Origin: an uncultured Gammaproteobacteria bacterium
GTDB taxonomy: Bacteria > Patescibacteriota > Microgenomatia > UBA1406 > GWC2-37-13
Reading direction: 5' to 3'
Assembly: GCA_964484325.1 (NCBI GenBank)
Contig: CAZAEE010000006.1
Location: forward strand, 1,932 to 65,931
Length of the DNA: 64,000 bases
Under the pieces are notes generated by a model, which ran no database searches, was not told the DNA's origin, and saw nothing but the letters and a program-made list of their open reading frames with translations. Of the stretch, positions 35,973 through 43,971 are shown piece by piece. The translations under genes were made by a program, and so were the position numbers. How positions within the stretch are numbered: position 1 is the stretch's first letter; every line of letters starts with the position of its first letter.

Positions 35973-37217
35973 ATGACTACATTAAAAGACCATCGTGAAA
36001 TTGGACGAGAGTTGGACCTTTACTCGTTTAATGAATACGCGCCAGGAGCGGTTTTCTGGCATCCAAAAGGCTGGTTTATCTATCAAAAAATTGTTAGTCA
36101 TCTTCGTTTAGTCCTTGACCATGCCGGCTATCAGGAAATAAAAACACCGGTTATGGTGAAAAGTGATCTTTTTAAAAAATCCGGGCACTGGAAACACTTT
36201 GGGGAACGAAACATGTTTAATCTGGCTATATATGACCCTGAGGAGTTAAAAGTTAATAAAAATCTTGAGGTTAACTACACATTAAAACCGATGAACTGCC
36301 CTGAGTCAACGCTCGTTTTTAATGCAAAACCACGAAGTTACCGAGATCTGCCGCTTAAGTTTTCGGACTTTGGTATTCTTCACCGTAATGAACTTTCAGG
36401 AGTACTTGGGGGATTGTTTCGGGTTCGTGAATTTACGATTGATGACGCCCATATTTATGTCAGACATGACCAGGTTATGATGATTATCTCAGAACTTTTG
36501 ACGATGATTCGTGATTTTTACAAATTATTTGGATTTGAACTGAGGTTTTACCTGTCGACGAAACCGGACAAAGCGCTCACATTACCTGACAAACCCAAAC
36601 TTTGGGAAGAGGCAGAGGGTGATTTGAAAAATGCGTTAGAGAAAGAGGGAGTCCACTATGGTGTAAAGGAAAAAGATGGTGCCTTTTATGGACCAAAGAT
36701 TGACTTTCACATGACAGATTCCCAGGGCAGAGACTGGCAGTTGGCCACGATTCAACTGGACTTTCAGATGCCTCGTTCGCTTGATGTTTTGTATACAAAT
36801 GAAAAGGGAGAAAAAGAACATGCTGTGATAATTCATCGAGCCTTTACAGGCAGCATTGAACGGTTTATTGGCATACTAGTCGAGCAGTATCAGGGAAACT
36901 TTCCTTTATGGCTGTCGCCTCAGCAAGTGGTTATTTTGCCAGTCACTGACGCCCAAAACAAGCTCGCTACAGAAGTAAGCAAACAGCTTCAACTGCAAGG
37001 AATACGATCATCTGTTAACACCGAAAGTAAGACGCTCGGCGCTAAGATTAGGGAGTCAACCTTGCAAAAAATCCCCTTCATGGGTATAATTGGGGAAAAG
37101 GAGCAATTAAAAACCAATATGATCTCTGTTCGTACCCGCGAAGGTCGAGATTTGGGTATGATAGAAGTTTCAAAGTTTATTGAAGATTTACACCAATCTA
37201 TTGAGAAGTTTCAATAA
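35973..37217 (+). CDS. thrS: Threonyl-tRNA synthetase, catalytic + anticodon-binding domains only
   Basis: Begins at DHREIGRELDLYSF (start of the class II core). 414 aa. TATAAT 35960-35965 lies 7 nt before the ATG. Confidence 0.88.
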   Translation: MTTLKDHREIGRELDLYSFNEYAPGAVFWHPKGWFIYQKIVSHLRLVLDHAGYQEIKTPVMVKSDLFKKSGHWKHFGERNMFNLAIYDPEELKVNKNLEVNYTLKPMNCPESTLVFNAKPRSYRDLPLKFSDFGILHRNELSGVLGGLFRVREFTIDDAHIYVRHDQVMMIISELLTMIRDFYKLFGFELRFYLSTKPDKALTLPDKPKLWEEAEGDLKNALEKEGVHYGVKEKDGAFYGPKIDFHMTDSQGRDWQLATIQLDFQMPRSLDVLYTNEKGEKEHAVIIHRAFTGSIERFIGILVEQYQGNFPLWLSPQQVVILPVTDAQNKLATEVSKQLQLQGIRSSVNTESKTLGAKIRESTLQKIPFMGIIGEKEQLKTNMISVRTREGRDLGMIEVSKFIEDLHQSIEKFQ

Positions 37218-37782
37218 TCCAAGTTTTGGCGCGAGGCGACCCAGTTTCCGGTCACGTCGGCCACAACCGCAACAGAGTCATAAGTTTTATCAGATCAATT
37301 TCCGGATTGAAGCGCCGACACTTCGAGTTATAGATTTTGAAGGCAAGCAGGTAGGTGTCTTATCGAAACAAGATGCTCTCCAGCAAGCACAGAAACTTGG
37401 ACTTGATCTTGTATTGATTGCGCCGCAGGCACAACCGCCGGTTGCTAAGATTATTGATTTCCGGAAATTTTTATATCAGGAAGAGAAAAAACTTAAAGAA
37501 GCAAAAAAGGGGATCAAAAAAAGCATCGTCAAGGATATAAAAATTTCCCTTTTTATCGCTCATACCGATCTTGAGAGACTGATCGAGAAGGCGAAGGAGT
37601 TTTTATCAGATGGCAATCAGGTACGATTAAATCTTGGCTTGAAAGGCCGAGAAGTTGCCAAAAGAGACATGGCTTTTGACCTGATGAAGCGCTTCGTCGC
37701 CGAACTTGGAGAAGTTAACATCTCCAAGGAACCTCGTCTTGAAGGCAGAGTCATACGAGCAGTCGTTGCGAAAAAAAAATAA
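37180..37782 (+). CDS. infC: Translation initiation factor IF-3 (non-ATG start, exact start uncertain)
   Basis: INFRIEAPTLRVIDFEGKQVGVL...LDLVLIAPQAQPPVAKIIDF. The only in-frame start candidates are TTG 37180, ATT 37186 and TTG 37201. Confidence 0.85.
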   Translation: MKIYTNLLRSFNNPSFGARRPSFRSRRPQPQQSHKFYQINFRIEAPTLRVIDFEGKQVGVLSKQDALQQAQKLGLDLVLIAPQAQPPVAKIIDFRKFLYQEEKKLKEAKKGIKKSIVKDIKISLFIAHTDLERLIEKAKEFLSDGNQVRLNLGLKGREVAKRDMAFDLMKRFVAELGEVNISKEPRLEGRVIRAVVAKKK

Positions 37783-37798
37783 TTGTAAACAAAAAAAT

Positions 37799-38017
37799 AT
37801 GGCATCAATCGAACATTCACCACAACAAGTACAAGAGTACAATATCAAATCTGTACTGGCGAATCCTGATTTTGAAGCTCTGCTTCAAGAGTTTGATCGT
37901 ACAGTCGGCATTCCAAGACACATTGACGCCGTAATCAGTCCCACTGGTGAAATTGAGTCAGTTGTTATCAAATCACAGTTTGGCTACAATCTCTATGAAC
38001 AAACAGAGAACCAATAA
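37799..38017 (+). CDS. Questionable 72-aa ORF filling the infC-rpmI spacer (may instead be regulatory RNA)
   Basis: ATG 37799. Overlaps the rpmI start by 23 nt. No recognisable motif. Confidence 0.3.
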   Translation: MASIEHSPQQVQEYNIKSVLANPDFEALLQEFDRTVGIPRHIDAVISPTGEIESVVIKSQFGYNLYEQTENQ

Positions 38018-38192
38018 ATCAGCTAGTAAACGTTTTAAAGTCAGTGCCGGTGGTAAATTACAACACCGATCACATTATTTGCGACATTTGCGCTCATCCA
38101 AAAGCAAACGTCAAATCAGACAGTTAAAAACCTTAAAAACAGTTACCGGTACATACGAGAAAAAGATTAAACGTATGCTCGGATTAAAATAA
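37995..38192 (+). CDS. rpmI: Ribosomal protein L35
   Basis: MNKQRTNKSASKRFKVSAGGKLQHR...; 65 aa and basic. Confidence 0.88.
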   Translation: MNKQRTNKSASKRFKVSAGGKLQHRSHYLRHLRSSKSKRQIRQLKTLKTVTGTYEKKIKRMLGLK

Positions 38193-38196
38193 AAAT

Positions 38197-38541
38197 ATGG
38201 TACGTGTTAAACCCGGTGTTCAAACCAGAAAAAGTCATAAGAAAACCCTCCACCTTGCCAAAGGTTACTGGATGAGTCGTCATAAACAGATTAAGAAAGC
38301 CCAAGAAGCCGTTCTTCATGCAGGGGAGTATGCCTTTCATGGCCGCAAAAGACGCAAACGAGATATGCGCTCTCTTTGGATAGTACGCATGAATGCCGCT
38401 TTACGTGAACATGGAGTCACTTACTCTTCATTCATCAACAAACTTAAAACAAAAAACATTGGCTTGGACCGTAAAATTTTGGCACAACTTGCTTCTGAAC
38501 ATCCCGCAGTATTTAAAAATATCGTTAAACAACTCAAGTAA
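38197..38541 (+). CDS. rplT: Ribosomal protein L20
   Basis: MVRVKPGVQTRKSHKKTLHLAKGYWMSRHK... Confidence 0.93.
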   Translation: MVRVKPGVQTRKSHKKTLHLAKGYWMSRHKQIKKAQEAVLHAGEYAFHGRKRRKRDMRSLWIVRMNAALREHGVTYSSFINKLKTKNIGLDRKILAQLASEHPAVFKNIVKQLK

Positions 38542-38616
38542 GTAAACTTTCATAATTTAATCATATTTATTTTAAAAATAAGTGACAATTTACTCCTGAT
38601 ATGATATAAATGTATC

Positions 38617-39663
38617 ATGGGAGACGCGCGGGAGCTACTGCAACAATTTTCCAAAGAATTAAGCGAAACTTCGACACTTGAAGACTTACATGGTCTTGAG
38701 ATAAAGTATCTTGGTCGAAACGGTGCCATCAACAAACTACTTCAAAACATTGCTGATATTCTACCGGGGAAACGAAAAGAGTATGGCCAGTCAGTCAATG
38801 AGGTTAAAAACCAAGTAACTTCCCAACTCTCAGACAAAAAAAACCATTTACTGACAAACGCAGATGTTTCCGAACAAATCGACGTTACGCTTCCTGGCAA
38901 ACAGTATGAAAAGGGAAGTCTTCATATGGTGACGTACGCTGTTGAGGAAATTAGCCGCATTTTTGAGAAGCTCGGTTTTATCCGTATGTCTTACCCTGAA
39001 GTGGAGTGGGAGTATTTTTCGTTTGAAGCGTTAAACATGCCACCCGGTCATCCAGCACGCGATGACTTCGAAACGTTTTTCATCGATGCTCACGAAAACA
39101 AGAAACTTGGTCGCATGTTGCTCACTCCTCATACCTCTTCCGGCCAAATTCGTGAAATGCAGCGTGTTCATGGTCAACCACCGATACGCATGATCAATAT
39201 AGCTAAAACATATCGTCCCAACTGGGATGCTACTCATACACCGATGTTTCACCAGTTTGAAGGACTGTGTATTGATAAAAATATTACGATTGCCAACTTG
39301 AAGGGTACAATCGATTACTTTGCCAAGGAGTTTTTCGGCGAAGAAAGACAAACACGATTAAGACCATTTCATTTCCAGTTTACGGAGCCTTCGTTTGAAG
39401 TTGATATCACCTGTGACATCTGTGGGGGAAAAGGTATGATTGACGGGGTAAAATGTAAAGTTTGCAAATCCGGCTGGCTTGAGTTAGGTGGAGCTGGTAT
39501 GGTCCATCCAAACGTCTTAAAAGCTGGTAGCGTCAAGCGCGGATACACTGGCTGGGCGTTTGGTATTGGCATTGAACGGGTAATGATGATGAAAGAGGGA
39601 TTTAAGCTGAACGACTTGCGCATTATTTACGATGGCGACATCAGATTTCTTGAACAGTTTTAA
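38617..39663 (+). CDS. pheS: Phenylalanyl-tRNA synthetase alpha subunit
   Basis: HPARDDFETFF, FQFTEPSFEVD, Zn-ribbon insert CDICGGKG...CKVCKSGW, LGGAGMVHPNVL. GTGACA-N17-TATAAA lies 6 nt before the ATG. Confidence 0.93.
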   Translation: MGDARELLQQFSKELSETSTLEDLHGLEIKYLGRNGAINKLLQNIADILPGKRKEYGQSVNEVKNQVTSQLSDKKNHLLTNADVSEQIDVTLPGKQYEKGSLHMVTYAVEEISRIFEKLGFIRMSYPEVEWEYFSFEALNMPPGHPARDDFETFFIDAHENKKLGRMLLTPHTSSGQIREMQRVHGQPPIRMINIAKTYRPNWDATHTPMFHQFEGLCIDKNITIANLKGTIDYFAKEFFGEERQTRLRPFHFQFTEPSFEVDITCDICGGKGMIDGVKCKVCKSGWLELGGAGMVHPNVLKAGSVKRGYTGWAFGIGIERVMMMKEGFKLNDLRIIYDGDIRFLEQF

Positions 39664-39666
39664 GCT

Positions 39667-41652
39667 ATGAATATAAAAATTACCTATAACTGGCTTTTGG
39701 AGTATCTTGAGACAGATGCTGATCCGCAGGAGATACAAAGGTTCCTATCTTTGTGCGGTCCCTCGATTGAGCGGGTTGAGAAAGTAAAGGATGATTATAT
39801 TTTTGATATTGAAGTAACTTCAAACAGAGTTGACGTTGCGAGTGTTTTTGGTATAGCTCAGGAAGCTCAAGCAATTTTACCCCAGTTTGGTAAAAAAGCG
39901 ACACTTAAAAAAAATCCATTAACTCTTTACACATTTACCTCTCTTGGAAGAAGTGCTAACGAATCGACCCTAACAATTGCACCAATTGATCCAAAACTCT
40001 GTTCTCGATTTACCGCTATCATTTTGTCAAACGTCACGCTTGGCCCCTCTCCAGAGCTAATACGTCAACGTCTTCAGTGGTGCGGTATTTCATCAATTAA
40101 CAACGTGGTCGATATTTCAAACTACCTGATGATTACTTTAGGCCAACCGACCCATATGTTTGACTATGATAAAATCGCCGGTCACTTCATGAAACTTCAA
40201 GAAAGCCAAAAAGGGGAAAAATTAACAACCCTTGATGGACGAGATATTCGTCTCCCAGGAGGAGACATCGTCATCGAAGACAAAAAAAATCTTATCGATC
40301 TGTGCGGTATTATGGGGGGGCTCAACTCAGCTATTTCCTCGGGCACAAAAAATATTGTTTTCTTTGTACAAACGTACAATAAACGCAAAATTCGTCGGAC
40401 TTCAATGACGACTGGTCAACGTACTATGGCTGCCACATACTTTGAAAAGGGACTTGATGAAGAGCGCGTCGAACCAACACTTATGTACGGTATAGAGTTG
40501 TTAAAGCAATATGCTAGTGTACATATTAGCTCTAAACTGTATGATATTTACCCGAAACCTTTTACACCAACGACCATTAAAGTCACTCAAAAAGATATTA
40601 CCCGTATCATGGGAGTCGAAGTTGAGATAAAAAGGATTGCTGATATTCTGCAACGGCTGGGTTTTGGTATTCAAGTAACTGGTACTACCTGTATGGTTTC
40701 GGTACCATCATTTCGCAAAGACGATGTAACAAAAAAAGAAGACGTGGCCGAAGAGGTAGCCCGCGTTTATGGGTATCATAATCTGCCCAATATCATTCAG
40801 CCGACAGTGCTTGTGAAACAGCCGCACGATATCGATATGCTTTTTGAACTGCAGAAAAAGATCAAATATTTTTTCAAATATCGTGGCTATCACGAGATTA
40901 TGAACTACTCTATGATCTCAAAGGGAACGATTGAAAAACTTGATAGTAAAGTCGAGGAGCACTTGGCAATACAAAATACTATCTCTGAAGAGATTAAGTA
41001 CATGCGAACTTCTCTTATTGAATCTCTTGTTAAAAATATTGCCGATAATCAGGGCAAAAAGGATCCGTTGAATTTTTTTGAGATTGCCAAAGTGTATTTA
41101 CCGAAAAAAAATGAACTTCCCGATGAAAAATTTCGCCTCGGCATAGTCACGACTACAAATTTTTTTGCGTTGAAAGGACTGATCGAGTTACTGCTAAAAA
41201 ATTTTAATATTACCTACCATTTTGAATTATCCCAGAATCATTTTTTAAGTGAGGGGACTCAAGCCAGTCTTATGATCGACTCACCTATTGGGGTTATTGG
41301 TAAACTAAAACCTCTATACAAAGAGCGACTCAACTTACAAACAAACGTGTATCTGGCAGAAATCGATCTTGCACCTATAATTCTTAAGTACAAAGTTCTT
41401 CCTTCTTACCAAGAATCGTCACAATATGCAGTTGTCAAGCTTGATCTAACTGTACCATTGTCTCCAAGTATGCGCTATGAGGAACTCAAGAAAAAAGCAT
41501 TTGAAGCATCTGCTCTTCTTAGAAACTTAGAAGTCATTGATATTTTTAAACAAAATGTCACGCTCAGGTTTTATTTCTCAGATCTCGCAAAAAATCTTTC
41601 TGAGGAAGAAGCTAAAAAAGAGTTAGAGGCTATTAAAAAAGTCTATGGATAA
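39667..41652 (+). CDS. pheT: Phenylalanyl-tRNA synthetase beta subunit (short, no N-terminal OB-fold tRNA-binding domain)
   Basis: MNIKITYNWLLEYL...DIEVTSNRVDV; B3/4, B5 and a C-terminal FDX-ACB-like end. 661 aa. Confidence 0.88.
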   Translation: MNIKITYNWLLEYLETDADPQEIQRFLSLCGPSIERVEKVKDDYIFDIEVTSNRVDVASVFGIAQEAQAILPQFGKKATLKKNPLTLYTFTSLGRSANESTLTIAPIDPKLCSRFTAIILSNVTLGPSPELIRQRLQWCGISSINNVVDISNYLMITLGQPTHMFDYDKIAGHFMKLQESQKGEKLTTLDGRDIRLPGGDIVIEDKKNLIDLCGIMGGLNSAISSGTKNIVFFVQTYNKRKIRRTSMTTGQRTMAATYFEKGLDEERVEPTLMYGIELLKQYASVHISSKLYDIYPKPFTPTTIKVTQKDITRIMGVEVEIKRIADILQRLGFGIQVTGTTCMVSVPSFRKDDVTKKEDVAEEVARVYGYHNLPNIIQPTVLVKQPHDIDMLFELQKKIKYFFKYRGYHEIMNYSMISKGTIEKLDSKVEEHLAIQNTISEEIKYMRTSLIESLVKNIADNQGKKDPLNFFEIAKVYLPKKNELPDEKFRLGIVTTTNFFALKGLIELLLKNFNITYHFELSQNHFLSEGTQASLMIDSPIGVIGKLKPLYKERLNLQTNVYLAEIDLAPIILKYKVLPSYQESSQYAVVKLDLTVPLSPSMRYEELKKKAFEASALLRNLEVIDIFKQNVTLRFYFSDLAKNLSEEEAKKELEAIKKVYG

Positions 41653-42199
41653 AACGAAAGCTCTTGAACAAATTGCTGAGGAAATTGAACAGTGTCAAAT
41701 TTGTCAAGAGGGAAAGGGTGGGAAAGCTGTTCCGGGCGAAGGTGACCCAGACGCGGATATCGTTTTCATCGGTGAAGCACCAGGAAAACAAGAAGCAAAA
41801 ACCGGTCGGCCGTTTATCGGACGATCTGGTCAGTACTTACGAAAAAATATTCGTGAACTACTCAAGTTGAAAGTGGAGGACGTATTTATCACCAGTCCTG
41901 TCAAATATCTACCAGATCGCGGCACTCCAACATTTGAGGATATTGCTCACGGCCGAATTCATTTGATGAAACAATTGAACGTTCTTGAACCAAAAGTTAT
42001 TGTCCTTATGGGATCAGTTGCTACACAGGGTGTTTTAGAAGAAAAAATTCCGGTTATGAAAAAACACGGATCAACAATTAAAAAGGATGGTAAACTATAC
42101 TTTTTGACAGTTCACCCTGCAGCCGCTATCCGATTCACAAAGCTTCGTACAGTATTTGAAGGAGATTTTAAGCTGTTAAAAAAATTATTAGAACAATAA
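41645..42199 (+). CDS. Family 4 uracil-DNA glycosylase
   Basis: CQICQ...GEGDPDADIVFIGEAPGKQEAKTGRPFIGRSGQYL. Confidence 0.85.
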   Translation: MDKTKALEQIAEEIEQCQICQEGKGGKAVPGEGDPDADIVFIGEAPGKQEAKTGRPFIGRSGQYLRKNIRELLKLKVEDVFITSPVKYLPDRGTPTFEDIAHGRIHLMKQLNVLEPKVIVLMGSVATQGVLEEKIPVMKKHGSTIKKDGKLYFLTVHPAAAIRFTKLRTVFEGDFKLLKKLLEQ

Positions 42200-42661
42200 A
42201 TGAGAAAAATCAATTCGGTCGCAATCTGTGCCAGTACATTATTTTATCCAACTGCGATCGAAGTAAGTAAAAAGTTAAAAACGCTGAAAATACAGCCTAA
42301 ACTTCCTTGGGGAGCTATCCAAATGATAAAAAGTAAGGATTTTAACGCTGATGATTATAAAAATGATTTTGAAGAAAAAGGAGTAAATGGTGGCTTTCGT
42401 ATTAAAGCTAAACTTATTTTAAATCATTTCAGAAAAATAAGAAGTTCAGATGCAATACTTGTCATAAACGAAACAAAACATGGTCACGCTGGATATATCG
42501 GTGGCAATGTCTTAATGGAAATGGCTGTTGCTATATATGACAAAAAACCTATTTTTATATTGAATCCTGTGTCTCCGAAATTACAGTATTATGCCGAAAT
42601 CATGGGCACTTTGCCAATAATGTTAGACGGAGATATTCTCAATATCAAAAAATATATATGA
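42200..42661 (+). CDS. Nucleoside 2-deoxyribosyltransferase-like protein
   Basis: Rossmann-like ~150 aa. ...AILVINETKHGHAGYIGGNVLMEMAVAIYDKKPIFIL pattern. Confidence 0.5.
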   Translation: MRKINSVAICASTLFYPTAIEVSKKLKTLKIQPKLPWGAIQMIKSKDFNADDYKNDFEEKGVNGGFRIKAKLILNHFRKIRSSDAILVINETKHGHAGYIGGNVLMEMAVAIYDKKPIFILNPVSPKLQYYAEIMGTLPIMLDGDILNIKKYI

Positions 42662-43017
42662 ATAAGACAAGTGATATTTTAAAACTTCAACAACATGTAG
42701 TTGATTTTCGTAATAAACGTGATTGGAAACAGTATCATGGACCTAAAGAAAGTGCCATTGCACTTGTACTTGAAGCTGTAGAACTCCTTGAGCTTTTTCA
42801 GTGGAACAATGAGAAAGAAGTGAAGGAATATCTTCAATCTCCGCGTTTCCAGGAAGTTAAAGAAGAAGTGGTTGATGTTTTATATTGGGCACTTCTTATT
42901 GCGTTTGATCTTAAGATTGATATTAATAAAGAATTTGTTAATAAAATGAAAAAGAATAACAAAAACTATCCAGTTAAAAGAGCAAAAGGTAAACATATAA
43001 AGTATACTGAGTATTAA
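42658..43017 (+). CDS. MazG-like (dCTP-pyrophosphatase-type) nucleotide pyrophosphohydrolase
   Basis: FRNKRDWKQYHGPKESAIALVLEAVELLELFQW...EEVVDVLYWAL...NNKNYP. Confidence 0.8.
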   Translation: MNKTSDILKLQQHVVDFRNKRDWKQYHGPKESAIALVLEAVELLELFQWNNEKEVKEYLQSPRFQEVKEEVVDVLYWALLIAFDLKIDINKEFVNKMKKNNKNYPVKRAKGKHIKYTEY

Positions 43018-43019
43018 CT

Positions 43020-43460
43020 ATGCCAATACCAACTGATCCAGAAAAACAAAAGTACATGTTTTCAGATGATATGAAGTTTGCTCAGAAAATCATTTTATAT
43101 CATCCGGATCATCCGAATAAATTTCTGGCACTTAAATCCAGCCCGTCCCATCCAACTGGCGGTGATCAATGGGATTTACCGGGAGGCAATGTGTTGTATG
43201 GTGAAAATCATATGGACTCATTACTTCATGAGATTCAAGAGGAGACTGGAGTTCGTGCAAGAGATGTTGTTCCGGTTGAAATAGTCACTCGCATGGAGCC
43301 AGAATATTATCTCCTGCTTATCGGCTACAAAGGCAAGGCTGTGTCGGAAAAAGTGAATCTCAGTGAAGAGCACACCGAGCATCAATGGGTGACAAATGAG
43401 CAGTTTCAGCAATTAGAAACTCCTCAAGTATTTAAAGACTTTGCCCAAAAATATGCATAA
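43020..43460 (+). CDS. NUDIX hydrolase
   Basis: Nudix box GGNVLYGENHMDSLLHEIQEETGV. Confidence 0.85.
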   Translation: MPIPTDPEKQKYMFSDDMKFAQKIILYHPDHPNKFLALKSSPSHPTGGDQWDLPGGNVLYGENHMDSLLHEIQEETGVRARDVVPVEIVTRMEPEYYLLLIGYKGKAVSEKVNLSEEHTEHQWVTNEQFQQLETPQVFKDFAQKYA

Positions 43461-43971
43461 ACTCTACACAATTGTAGATAAGAATGACAACATAATTGGA
43501 TATAAATCGAAATCAGAAACTACCAAAAGTGATATCTACCGAGTATCTGTATTAGTTCTTTATAACTCGAAGCAAGAAATATTACTGGCTCAAAGAGCAC
43601 TAACTAAATCTCATGATCCGGGAAAGTGGGGATTTTCAGCAGTCGGCACAGTGGAAAAAAATGAAACATATGAAGAAAATATCATTAAGGAAGCAAAAGA
43701 AGAAATTGGATTAGATATCGACAATTCTCAACTAATTAAAGGATCAAAATATCTCCACAAAGAAAATTTTAATTTCTTCTATCAACTTTTTTACTATAAA
43801 TTAGATAGACTAATAAACGAATTTAGTCCGCGACTCGGAGAAGTTAAAGATATTAGATGGATTAATGTTAATGATTTACTGAAAGATACTGTAGAACATC
43901 CCGAAAAATACGTTGTAAAAACCGGCAAAATATCAAAGGACTTACTAGAAAAAAAGTTTCTTAATGAGTAG
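43453..43971 (+). CDS. NUDIX hydrolase
   Basis: Nudix box GTVEKNETYEENIIKEAKEEIGL. ATG 43453 preferred over TTG 43441. Confidence 0.8.
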   Translation: MHKLYTIVDKNDNIIGYKSKSETTKSDIYRVSVLVLYNSKQEILLAQRALTKSHDPGKWGFSAVGTVEKNETYEENIIKEAKEEIGLDIDNSQLIKGSKYLHKENFNFFYQLFYYKLDRLINEFSPRLGEVKDIRWINVNDLLKDTVEHPEKYVVKTGKISKDLLEKKFLNE

